Made by a program: the position numbers and the translations under genes. The notes beneath the pieces were generated by a model. That model was not told the DNA's origin, made no database searches, and saw only the letters and a program-made list of their open reading frames with translations. 64,000 bases of DNA from Gemmiger formicilis (GTDB taxonomy: Bacteria > Bacillota_I > Bacilli_A > RFN20 > CAG-826): positions 10,387-74,386 of the forward strand of contig CAVDWX010000010.1 of the NCBI GenBank assembly GCA_963612735.1, in the 5' to 3' direction. Below are positions 49,608-58,686 of the stretch, in pieces; positions within the stretch are counted from its first letter, which is position 1; the number at the start of each line of letters is the position of its first letter.

Positions 49608-51080
49608 ATGATGACAATATATAAGGTAGCTGAATTAATAACTAAAAATCCGAATGATATAATTTTTTATATTATCGATAAGGAAGAAGTTATTACTTTT
49701 CCACACAAAGATTATAAAAAGTTATTGAAAAATTATCATGACGAATCTATTTCGCAAACTACTTTTGAAACGCTAGCTCGATTAAAGCTTGAAAACGACA
49801 ATAATTTTTATATATTGCCTTACTTTACTAAGAAAGATTTAACTAAAATTGTTAATGAATTTGTTTCTCTACACCAAAACGACTACTTCCAAAATTTCAA
49901 GTCTATAACAATCACCCAAATTAAAAAGAACATGTTGAATGATTCTTCTTTTAAAGATTGCTGGATTAATTTCTTTTGCGATTTAATTGGTATTCATTTT
50001 TTGAAATTTGCTGAAGCTTTTAAAATTAAAGAAGATGAGGCAAGCCCAGAACTTTATAAAAAAGTTGTTGATTTGCTAAAGGAATATGAAGAAGGCCATT
50101 ATGAAAAGATTTTCGCTGATAATCATCGCTTTAATTTATTTTTTGATAAGACCTTTGGCGCAGATGCTTTATGTACTATTATGGGACATGGAGGAATCAC
50201 TAATGGCATCAGTTTTTACATTCACGAAAAAGCTGAAGCTATGCATATTTTGCTTACTAATGACAACAACGACTTAGATGATTATTATGTTCCGACTTTA
50301 ACTTTTTTAGGAAAACAAATTACTTTTTATTTTAATGATGAAAGTTGTGCAACAAATAATGACAAATTTGGAAGTCTAAATCCATTTGGCGATGATGATT
50401 CAATTACATCGTTTGTTACTTATGTAGGTACTTCTTACCATTGCTATTTAACTGCCTCTATGGCACATGGTGTGATTAGATATTTAACTAAGCTTCTTCT
50501 TGCAATGAAAGATTTTGTTAAAGAAGCTAAAAAATTAGATTTAGAAGATACTACTTATGATTTTATTATGGTGGATGAACAAACTCATGTTACACCAATC
50601 GATACAAATTCTGATGATTTTGTAGATGATATTACTATTGACCTACCCACTGCTAAAATTTTTGATAAGAAAAAGAAAATTAAATTAAAGACTAATAAAA
50701 AATGGGACTTTGCTGTTCGATTTGTTCCTGGCGCTAATGTGGCTGAAGAGACAGGACGAATTTGTGATTGGGTTTTTTATTATTGTTTCTTTGATCATGA
50801 TAGTGGCGATATCGTTCGTTTTGAAATGGTACCACCTGAATTTATGGATACAATAAGCACTTTAATTGACAATTTGACTGAGACATTACACTTAATTGGT
50901 TTAGCGGATACTGTTTATTGCTCAAGCTTTTTCGACGCCGCTATTTTATCTCTTGCATTAGGAAAAGATAATGATATCTGTAAAAAATTTAATTTTGTTT
51001 TTACTCGAAAGTTAAAAGACCAAATCAACACATTATCGGAATCGCTAATGGAAGAATTTGATAAAGAAGCTGATGCTTAA
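49608..51080 (+). CDS. Uncharacterised acidic 490-aa protein, co-transcribed partner of the helicase-nuclease.
   Basis: Strong RBS AGGAGGA 7 nt upstream; 37-nt gap after the helicase gene; no recognisable domain; rich in D/E/F/Y. Confidence 0.78.
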   Translation: MMTIYKVAELITKNPNDIIFYIIDKEEVITFPHKDYKKLLKNYHDESISQTTFETLARLKLENDNNFYILPYFTKKDLTKIVNEFVSLHQNDYFQNFKSITITQIKKNMLNDSSFKDCWINFFCDLIGIHFLKFAEAFKIKEDEASPELYKKVVDLLKEYEEGHYEKIFADNHRFNLFFDKTFGADALCTIMGHGGITNGISFYIHEKAEAMHILLTNDNNDLDDYYVPTLTFLGKQITFYFNDESCATNNDKFGSLNPFGDDDSITSFVTYVGTSYHCYLTASMAHGVIRYLTKLLLAMKDFVKEAKKLDLEDTTYDFIMVDEQTHVTPIDTNSDDFVDDITIDLPTAKIFDKKKKIKLKTNKKWDFAVRFVPGANVAEETGRICDWVFYYCFFDHDSGDIVRFEMVPPEFMDTISTLIDNLTETLHLIGLADTVYCSSFFDAAILSLALGKDNDICKKFNFVFTRKLKDQINTLSESLMEEFDKEADA

Positions 51081-51158
51081 TTTCATACTTTTTTAATTCG
51101 ATAGTACTTAATCTTACCATTTATAGTTTCTATAATTATAAATAGGAGGAAGAATTTT

Positions 51159-51746
51159 ATGTCTTATTTTAAAGATAAACTCAAACAGTGCAAATGGGAC
51201 AATATTGTTATTGCTCTTCTTACTTTAGCACTTGGTATTTTATGTCTAATTTTCCCGCATGAAACAGGCGATACACTAGTTTATGTATTTGGTGTTTTAG
51301 CTATGGTAATCGCCATCTTGTTATTTGTTAGATCATTTTATATGGTCTCATTTCTAAGCGTTTATTCTCTTGCTTTAGGGATAGTTTTACTTTCGGTTGG
51401 CATTTTTACAATCTGTTTTCCAGAATTTATCAAAGCCTTGCTACCATTTTTCTTTGGTTTGTATATCGTTGTCGATAGCGCATCATCTCTTGCGGAATCA
51501 GTCCAATACGGTTATATGAAAGTCCGCGGATGGTGGTTATTAATGGTCTCATCTATTCTCACTATCATTTTTGGTGTGATTGTCATGATGTTTGCTAAAT
51601 TTAACGATGTTATGATTCTTGCTGGTATTGCCCTTATTGTTGAAAGCGTGAGAAGATTCATCTTTACATTTACTGTCGAATATAAAATTAAAAGACTTAA
51701 AAAAGATGTTAAAGATGTAATTGATGCTGAAATAATTGATAAATAA
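51159..51746 (+). CDS. DUF308/HdeD-like membrane protein (paralog of 42088..42855).
   Basis: RBS AGGAGGAAG; six TM helices; NIVIALLTLALGILCLIFP...GVLAMVIAILLF typical of DUF308. Confidence 0.75.
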   Translation: MSYFKDKLKQCKWDNIVIALLTLALGILCLIFPHETGDTLVYVFGVLAMVIAILLFVRSFYMVSFLSVYSLALGIVLLSVGIFTICFPEFIKALLPFFFGLYIVVDSASSLAESVQYGYMKVRGWWLLMVSSILTIIFGVIVMMFAKFNDVMILAGIALIVESVRRFIFTFTVEYKIKRLKKDVKDVIDAEIIDK

Positions 51747-51763
51747 TAATAATTTTAAGCGAT

Positions 51764-51793
51764 AAAACCACTTGGGAAACTGAGTGGTTTTTA
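51764..51793 (+). terminator. Rho-independent terminator after the DUF308 gene.
   Basis: AACCACTtgggaaactgAGTGGTT followed by TTTTAT. Confidence 0.7.
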
Positions 51794-51810
51794 TCTTATT
51801 GATTATTATA

Positions 51811-51862
51811 ATTTACTCATTTACCTATTTGATTTACTCATTTACTCATTTAATTTACTCAT
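51811..51862 (+). repeat. Tandem array of the octamer ATTTACTC (about 5 copies, some degenerate) just upstream of the second Schlafen-like gene.
   Basis: atttactc-atttacct-atttg-atttactc-atttactc-attta-atttactc-atttg. Confidence 0.8.
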
Positions 51863-51893
51863 TTGATATATTTTTAGTATAGCAATCGAAGAA

Positions 51894-53312
51894 ATGGATA
51901 TTCTTAATTTAAAAGATGAACATTATGTAGAATTGAAAAGCACTGATGGTGGATTGCCGTTAAGCTTATATTAAACAATTTCTTCTTTTGCTAATTCGGA
52001 TGGTGGCACCATCTATTTAGGTGTTGTCGAAGGAAACCCTAATCAATTGCGAGGTTTGAACAAAAATACTTGTGATAAATATAAGTCTGATTTGCTTAAC
52101 TCCATTCATAACAAAAACAAGATTTCATTTCCGGCTATTTCTGATGACAACTTTATGCTCATTTCACTAGCTAATGAGAAATATGTTTTGGCTATTGAAG
52201 TTAAAGAAGCTCATTATTTGCAAAAACCTGTCTATATAAATGGAAATGTGCTTTTAGCCTATGGTAGAGATAATGAAGGTGATTATTTGCTTAGAGAAGA
52301 TCAAATTAAATCTTTATTTGAAGATAGTGGTCATGGACTTTTTGATTCTCTTCCAAATAATATGCATTACGGTTTTGAAGAAGTCGATTTAGACACTCTG
52401 CACATTTATCGAAGCATGCTGAATGAAAATGATCCGACAAATTTATATAAAAAATATAATGATGTAGATTTTTTAAAAAAGACTGCTTTTTTACTTCCAA
52501 ATAGTAATGGCAATTACGTTCTTTCGAATGCTGCAGTACTTCTTTTTACCTCATCTTCATTAATTAAAACTATTTGTCCTTACTATTATCTAGATTATCA
52601 ACAAAAAGAAAATATTAGTGAAAAGTGGAATAATAGAATATCTAGTGATGACACAAATTTGTCAGGAAATCTCTTTGATTTTTATTTAAAAACATTTAAT
52701 GAAATATGCAAACAACTCCCATCTAGTTATGTTAGTGATGGAAGCAAAAACATTGGTCCTCGTTTAATGCAAGACGCCATTAAAGAAACTTTGGCTAATG
52801 CTTTAATCAATCACGCTTTTATGTTGAATGGGTCGTTAACTGTATTCTGGTATTTAAACGGAATAGAAATACAAAATAATGGTAAGATGCTTGTGCCTTT
52901 AGATGTTGCCTTTCGAGGTGGAACATCTCTCCCACGGAATTCTATGATTTTAACTGCGTTTAGAAGACTTGGCATTGCTGATCGAGCTGGCACTGGTATT
53001 CCAAAAATCATTGAAGCTTTAAAAGATAATCATTTTCCTGATTTAGTTATTAAAGAATTTTCTTATCCAATTGATAAAACTACTTTAGTAATATCTTTTA
53101 TTTCACTTAATAAGACCAAAGGAAATGGTAATAAAGATATAGTGCTTTCATTACTAGCTAAAAATAATGATGGGCTCAGCATATTAGACTTTATGAATTT
53201 AACTAATTGGTCTAGATCAACTGTTTCTAAACTCCTCAATAATTTATTACAAAAAGGGCAAATTACCACAAACGGAAAAGAAAAGAAGGCACGTCGCTTC
53301 CTTTTAAAATAA
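51894..53312 (+). pseudogene. Second Schlafen-like (AlbA_2 + HATPase_c_4 + wHTH) gene, interrupted by an in-frame TAA at 51972..51974 (codon 27).
   Basis: ATG 51894 encodes MDILNLKDEHYVELKSTDGGLPLSLY, then TAA, then the same frame continues TISSFANSDGGTIYLGVVEG... (AlbA_2 core). The stop sits where the family usually has Lys, so AAA to TAA is a likely cause. Confidence 0.7.
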
Positions 53313-53362
53313 TTAAATTAATTTAATTCTTGTATGAAATAACTTCCAAAGTTATCATATTT

Positions 53363-54031
53363 ATGGGAAAAAAATACCTTATGGATGAAAAAGAAAGCCA
53401 AAAATATATTTCTAATAACTTTTTAAATAGACTTCCATATTATTTAAAGCACCTTACCACATTAAAAGAAAAAGGTGTTCAATTTGTAAATGCTCGCGAA
53501 TTAGCGCTTGACCTTGGTTATAATGCTGAACAAGTTAAAAAAGATCTTCAAATAGTCTGTAAAGGAAAAGGGAAACCTAAAATTGGAAGAAGCGTTTTAG
53601 AACTAATTTCAGACATCAATGACTTTCTTGGCTACAATAATACGACTGACGCTATTATAGTTGGTATTGGCCATTTAGGGACTGCTTTTTTAAATTATCC
53701 AGGCTTTGCAGACCTCGGTTTAAACATTGTTGCTGGTTTTGATATCGACCCCACTCTTTTTGGTAGACTTATCAATAATAAGATGATTTATAGTATGTCT
53801 CGTCTTAGCACAGTTGTGCCTCGATTAAACGTTCATATCGCTATATTGACGACGCCAAGCTCAGCTTCTAATGTAGTTGCTCAAAAATTAGTAAAATGTG
53901 GAATTAAAGCCATTTGGAATTTTTCACCAATGGTTTTAGATGTTCCTGAAGATATTATTGTGGAGAATGTTAATCTTGCTTCTTCACTTGCGGTTTTATC
54001 TCATAAATTAAATAAAAAAATGAAAGAATAA
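53363..54031 (+). CDS. rex: Redox-sensing transcriptional repressor Rex
   Basis: Aligns with B. subtilis Rex: RLPYYLKHL wHTH, Rossmann GIGHLGTAFLNY, and C-terminal swap domain. Confidence 0.88.
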   Translation: MGKKYLMDEKESQKYISNNFLNRLPYYLKHLTTLKEKGVQFVNARELALDLGYNAEQVKKDLQIVCKGKGKPKIGRSVLELISDINDFLGYNNTTDAIIVGIGHLGTAFLNYPGFADLGLNIVAGFDIDPTLFGRLINNKMIYSMSRLSTVVPRLNVHIAILTTPSSASNVVAQKLVKCGIKAIWNFSPMVLDVPEDIIVENVNLASSLAVLSHKLNKKMKE

Positions 54032-54056
54032 ATCATAAATAAAAGGAGAATTAATC

Positions 54057-54308
54057 ATGATTGTTTCTGTCTGTGTTGGTTCAGCTTGCCATTTAAAAAA
54101 TAGCTACGATATCATCAATCTATTTAAGGAAAATATCGCTAACCATAATTTAGAAGATAAAGTTGAATTAAAAGCGACATTTTGTTTAGGGAAATGTGGT
54201 ATTGCTGGAGTTTCAATTAAAGTTGATGATCAAATTATTACCGGTGTGACTGTCGATAATTTTAACGACATCTTTAAGAATTATATTCTCGATAAATTAA
54301 GCGCCTAA
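54057..54308 (+). CDS. Thioredoxin-like [2Fe-2S] ferredoxin (NuoE/HndA-like small subunit).
   Basis: 83 aa with VCVGSACHLK ... CLGKCGIAG cysteine motifs; RBS AAAAGGAGA. Confidence 0.72.
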   Translation: MIVSVCVGSACHLKNSYDIINLFKENIANHNLEDKVELKATFCLGKCGIAGVSIKVDDQIITGVTVDNFNDIFKNYILDKLSA

Positions 54309-54309
54309 T

Positions 54310-55986
54310 ATGGAATTCCCATTATTATCAAAGACGACTAATTGTCGCAATTGTTATAAATGTATTCGAAATTGTCCAGTTAAAGCTATTTCGTTTTTTG
54401 AAAATAAGGCAAATATTATCGCTGATGAATGCATTCTTTGTGGACATTGTTATTTATATTGTCCGCAAGGAGTTAAAGTGATACGCGATGATTTAGTGAA
54501 AGTTAATTCATTTTTATTTCTAAAAGAGAAAGTGGTTATTTCACTAGCTCCATCTTTTTTAGCTAATTATCCTGGTGTTTCTATTAAGAGCTTTAAAAAA
54601 GCTGTGAAAAAGGTTGGCTTTTTTGATGTTGAAGAAACAGCAGTTGGCGCGACAATTGTTAAAAATAAATATGATGAAATGCTAAACGATAATAGTAGAG
54701 ATGTCATCATTTCTTCTTGCTGTCATTCCATCAATCTATTAATTGAAAAATATTATCCAGAAGCACTCCCCTTTTTAGCGGATATTCTTTCTCCAATGTG
54801 CGCACATGGTAAAGATATTAAAGAAAGACTAGGAAAAGATACAAAAGTTGTCTTTGTAGGACCTTGTATTGCGAAAAAAGATGAAGCTGATCATAGCCCT
54901 TATATCGACGCTGCTTTATCTTATGCTGAGTTTGATAAATTATTAGAAAATAATGATGTTGAATTAGAAGTTGATAATGATGTTTTAATTGAAAAATCAA
55001 AGGCTAGATTATTTCCAACTTGTGGTGGAGTTTTAAAAACCATGGCAAAAGCCAATCCAAATTATCAATATTTGGCTATTGATGGGGTAAGAAACGCTAA
55101 ACAAGCTTTGCAAGATATCATTGATGGAAAGATTCATCACTGCTTTGTTGAAATGTCAACATGCGCTGGAAGTTGTATTAATGGACCTCTAGTTAATCCC
55201 ATTCATCGCGCGGTTTTAGAAGGTTCATTAAATGTCAATAAAAATGCTGGGCAGTTAGATTTTGACGCTAATAATGATTGCGATATTTCTACGACTTATC
55301 ATTCCTATAATACGGTTGCCTCGATTCCTAGTGAAAACGAAATAAATGCGATGCTTATCAAAATGGGTAAGATTAAAGAATCAGATCAATTAAATTGTGG
55401 TTCCTGCGGATATCCATCTTGTAGGGAAAAGGCTATTGCCATTATTCAAGGCAAAGCCGTTATTGAAATGTGCTTACCATATTTAATGAATAAAGCTAAT
55501 TCATTATCTGATAAATTAGTCAATGCTTCCATTGAAGGTTTGATGGTAATCGATGACGAACTTAATATTAAATTAATCAACTCTTCGATGTGTCATATGG
55601 TGAGGATTCCTCGTCCAGAAGATGTTTTAAATAAAAAGATTTATTTACTATTTGATGGAAGTGATTTTGTTTCATGCTTACAAGAAAAAAAGAGCATTAA
55701 ATCTAAAATCTCCTTCTTAGCGGAATACAATAAATACCTTGAAATGTCCATTTTATATGATGATGAATACCGTCTTTTAATCTGTGCTTGTCGAGATATT
55801 ACTGATGAAGTTGTGGCACGTAGTGAAAAAGAAGAGAGAATTAATAAAACCATTTCTCTTACCGAAGAAATACTTAACCGCAATTTAGCAGCGGTTCAAG
55901 AAATTGCTTCTTTATTAGGTGAAAATGCCGCTTCCACCAAAGTAGCCTTAAATCGTATTAAGGAAACGATAAAAGATGATAAGTAA
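54310..55986 (+). CDS. hydS: Sensory [FeFe]-hydrogenase (HydS-like, group C) with N-terminal 4Fe-4S ferredoxin motifs and a C-terminal PAS domain.
   Basis: CRNCYKCIRNCP and CILCGHCYLYCP clusters; H-cluster motifs SSCCHS (L1), VGPCIAKKDEA (L2), EMSTCAGSCINGP (L3); C-terminal PAS-like region (ASIEGLMVIDDELNIKLIN...). Confidence 0.82.
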   Translation: MEFPLLSKTTNCRNCYKCIRNCPVKAISFFENKANIIADECILCGHCYLYCPQGVKVIRDDLVKVNSFLFLKEKVVISLAPSFLANYPGVSIKSFKKAVKKVGFFDVEETAVGATIVKNKYDEMLNDNSRDVIISSCCHSINLLIEKYYPEALPFLADILSPMCAHGKDIKERLGKDTKVVFVGPCIAKKDEADHSPYIDAALSYAEFDKLLENNDVELEVDNDVLIEKSKARLFPTCGGVLKTMAKANPNYQYLAIDGVRNAKQALQDIIDGKIHHCFVEMSTCAGSCINGPLVNPIHRAVLEGSLNVNKNAGQLDFDANNDCDISTTYHSYNTVASIPSENEINAMLIKMGKIKESDQLNCGSCGYPSCREKAIAIIQGKAVIEMCLPYLMNKANSLSDKLVNASIEGLMVIDDELNIKLINSSMCHMVRIPRPEDVLNKKIYLLFDGSDFVSCLQEKKSIKSKISFLAEYNKYLEMSILYDDEYRLLICACRDITDEVVARSEKEERINKTISLTEEILNRNLAAVQEIASLLGENAASTKVALNRIKETIKDDK

Positions 55987-57154
55987 ATACGCTACTGATA
56001 TTGCATATCTTTCTTATAATCACTATGGCGAAGAGTTGTGTGGTGACCATGTCGAATTAGTTAGACCGAATGAAAATGAAGAAATATTCGTTTTAGCGGA
56101 CGGTCTTGGTAGTGGTGTGCAAGCTTCTATTCTTTCGATTTTGACAAGCAAAATGCTTTCTACCATGGTTGCGTATAATATCTCTTTACAAGAATGTGTC
56201 AATACGATTGTTGAAACGCTTCCTGTCATTAAAGAAAAAGGTGTTGCCTATTCCACATTTACTATTATCAAGGTTAAAGATTCTTCTTTTGTTGAAATAT
56301 ATAATTATGATAATCCTTTGCCGTTTTTAGTAAGAGATAATCAATCGATTAACATTAACTATACGGAGAGCGTCATCGCTAATAAAAAAATTAGTTATGC
56401 GGCTTTTCATGTTCGTTTACATGATGCCATTATCGCTATGAGTGATGGCAATGTCTATGCCGGAATGGGAAATCAATATAATTTTGGTTGGGATATGCCT
56501 AATATCATGGATTTTTCTTCTAAAATGTGTTCCCCGACTTGTTCAGCGATGAATTTTGCGACCTTTTTTATCGATTATGTAAGAGGCTTATATGATTATA
56601 AATTAGGCGATGATTGTACGATTGGAGTAATCAAAATAAGAGAAAGAAAAACTGTCAATTTTATGATTGGCCCGCCTTCTAATAAAGATGATGATGAAAG
56701 AATGGCGTCTTTATTTATGGGGAAAGACGGGATTCATATTGTTTCTGGAGGAACAACTAGTCAAGTTGTCGCTAATTATTTGCATGAAAAAGTGGAGCAA
56801 AGTATGGACTATATTAAAAAAGATGTCCCACCAATTGCGTACATAAAAGGTGTGGATTTAGTGACAGAAGGTGTGATAACTGTTAATAAAGTTCTTGAAT
56901 ATGCAAATTCTTATTTAAAAGATAATAATAAAGAATATTATGAATGGTATGGCAAAAAAGATGGTGCTTCTTTAATTAGCCAATATTTATTTGAAGAAGC
57001 AACTGAAGTGAATTTCTTTGTCGGATGTGCTATAAATGAAGCTCATCAAAAAGGAGATGGCAGTATTAATCACTCCATTAAAATGCACCTCATTGATGAA
57101 CTTGCTAATGCATTGAAACAAATGAGAAAAAATGTTAAGGTTAATTATTTTTAA
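55976..57154 (+). CDS. PP2C/SpoIIE-type serine phosphatase (HydS-associated regulator).
   Basis: ELCGDHVEL...VLADGLGSGVQASI..MSDG typical PPM metal-binding motifs; overlaps the hydS 3' end. Confidence 0.8.
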   Translation: MISKYATDIAYLSYNHYGEELCGDHVELVRPNENEEIFVLADGLGSGVQASILSILTSKMLSTMVAYNISLQECVNTIVETLPVIKEKGVAYSTFTIIKVKDSSFVEIYNYDNPLPFLVRDNQSININYTESVIANKKISYAAFHVRLHDAIIAMSDGNVYAGMGNQYNFGWDMPNIMDFSSKMCSPTCSAMNFATFFIDYVRGLYDYKLGDDCTIGVIKIRERKTVNFMIGPPSNKDDDERMASLFMGKDGIHIVSGGTTSQVVANYLHEKVEQSMDYIKKDVPPIAYIKGVDLVTEGVITVNKVLEYANSYLKDNNKEYYEWYGKKDGASLISQYLFEEATEVNFFVGCAINEAHQKGDGSINHSIKMHLIDELANALKQMRKNVKVNYF

Positions 57155-57173
57155 GGAATTGAGGTAGACCAAA

Positions 57174-58625
57174 ATGAATGAAAGATTTGATACGGATGTA
57201 CAGGAACTGAAATATAAAGTTCTCAAAGAAATAGCGAGATCCGCTTTTAGCGATACATTATTAGAAGATTATAATGATATTCCAAAACGCGTTATACCAG
57301 GACCAAAACCTACTTATAGATGTTGTATTTTTAAAGAAAGAGCCATTGTTTTAGAAAGAATTAAGTTAGCCTTAGGTGGAAATAAAGATATTCATAACAT
57401 TGTTGAAGTTATCGATATCGCTTGTGATGAATGTCCATTAGGTGGATATGAAGTGACGAACAGATGCAGAGGATGTATTGCTCATCGCTGTCAAAAAGCA
57501 TGTCATAGAAACGCTATTAGTTTCGATCCAGTGACTAGACGCGCTCATATCGATAAGAGTAAATGTGTTAATTGTGGATTATGCGCAAAAGCATGTAATT
57601 ATTACGCTATCACTAATTATCAAAGACCTTGTGAACAAGCATGTAAAGTTAAAGCTATTTCTCGAGGAGAGAATGATCAAGCCGTAATCAATGATGAAAA
57701 GTGTGTTCAATGTGGGGCATGCGTCTATCAATGTCCTTTTGGCGCGATTGTTGATAAATCAAGCATTGTCGATGTCATTAATGAACTCAAAAATAGTGAT
57801 TATTCTAAAAAATATAAGGTGTATGCCATTGTCGCTCCTTCTATTTCAAGTCAATTTAAAACCGCTAAATTGGGCCAAATTGTGACTGCTATTCAAAACT
57901 TAGGATTCCATCATGTCATTGAAGCTGCTTTAGGAGCGGACATGGTTGCTTATAATGAAGCAAAAGAATTAGAAGAAAAAGGTCTATTAACTTCTTCTTG
58001 CTGTCCTACTTTTGTAACATTTATTGAAAAATATTTTCCTGAATTAATCGATAAGATTTCGACAAATCTATCTCCAATGGCGACCATCGGTAAATGGATT
58101 AAGAAAAATGATCCCACTTCAAAAATTGTCTTTATTGGACCATGTATTTCCAAAAAAGCTGAGATTCAAAAAAGTAAAGTTCGCGATATTATCGATTATG
58201 TTCTAACTTTTGAAGAATTAAACGCTCTAATTGACGCTAAAGAGATTGATGCTTCTACGTTAGAAGAATCTCCACTTGATAATGCTTCTTATTTTGGACG
58301 TATCTTTGCTCGAAGTGGCGGTCTTAAAGATGCCGTTGTTCAAGCTTTAAAAGAACAAAATTCCACTTTTGAATTAAATGCCTTATCAGTGGATGGATTA
58401 GAAAATTGCCGTTTAGCCTTAAACAAGTTAAAGAGTGGTACACAAGATTTTAACTTTTTAGAAGGTATGGGCTGTGTTGGCGGTTGCATAGGTGGACCTT
58501 GTTGTTTGACACATGAAATTCGCGATAAAGCTGATGTCGATCGATACGGAAGAGAATCTAAAGAAGCTAATATTACCGGTGCAATTGAAAATTATCTCGA
58601 TATTGATACAGGTGAAATAAAATAA
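57174..58625 (+). CDS. [FeFe]-hydrogenase family protein (catalytic HydA-like, possibly group B) with N-terminal Fe-S cluster domains.
   Basis: CVNCGLCAKAC and CVQCGACVYQCP ferredoxin motifs; H-cluster motifs TSSCCPTF (L1), IGPCISKKAE (L2), EGMGCVGGCIGGP (L3). Confidence 0.78.
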   Translation: MNERFDTDVQELKYKVLKEIARSAFSDTLLEDYNDIPKRVIPGPKPTYRCCIFKERAIVLERIKLALGGNKDIHNIVEVIDIACDECPLGGYEVTNRCRGCIAHRCQKACHRNAISFDPVTRRAHIDKSKCVNCGLCAKACNYYAITNYQRPCEQACKVKAISRGENDQAVINDEKCVQCGACVYQCPFGAIVDKSSIVDVINELKNSDYSKKYKVYAIVAPSISSQFKTAKLGQIVTAIQNLGFHHVIEAALGADMVAYNEAKELEEKGLLTSSCCPTFVTFIEKYFPELIDKISTNLSPMATIGKWIKKNDPTSKIVFIGPCISKKAEIQKSKVRDIIDYVLTFEELNALIDAKEIDASTLEESPLDNASYFGRIFARSGGLKDAVVQALKEQNSTFELNALSVDGLENCRLALNKLKSGTQDFNFLEGMGCVGGCIGGPCCLTHEIRDKADVDRYGRESKEANITGAIENYLDIDTGEIK

Positions 58626-58640
58626 GTTAAATTTATTCAA

Positions 58641-58658
58641 TGTAAAGAAAACTTTACA
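58641..58658 (+). promoter_or_regulatory. 18-bp perfect palindrome TGTAAAG-N4-CTTTACA upstream of glnA; resembles GlnR/TnrA-type operators (TGTNA-N7-TNACA) with one extra spacer nucleotide.
   Basis: tgtaaagaaaactttaca; the 7-bp arms are exact reverse complements. Confidence 0.4.
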
Positions 58659-58667
58659 ACAAAATTT

Positions 58668-58686
58668 GTCCATATTGGACTTTTTT
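58668..58686 (+). terminator. Weak rho-independent terminator after the hydrogenase cluster; a possible -35 TTGACC for the glnA promoter starts just downstream at 58688.
   Basis: GTCCAtatTGGAC followed by TTTTTT. Confidence 0.45.
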
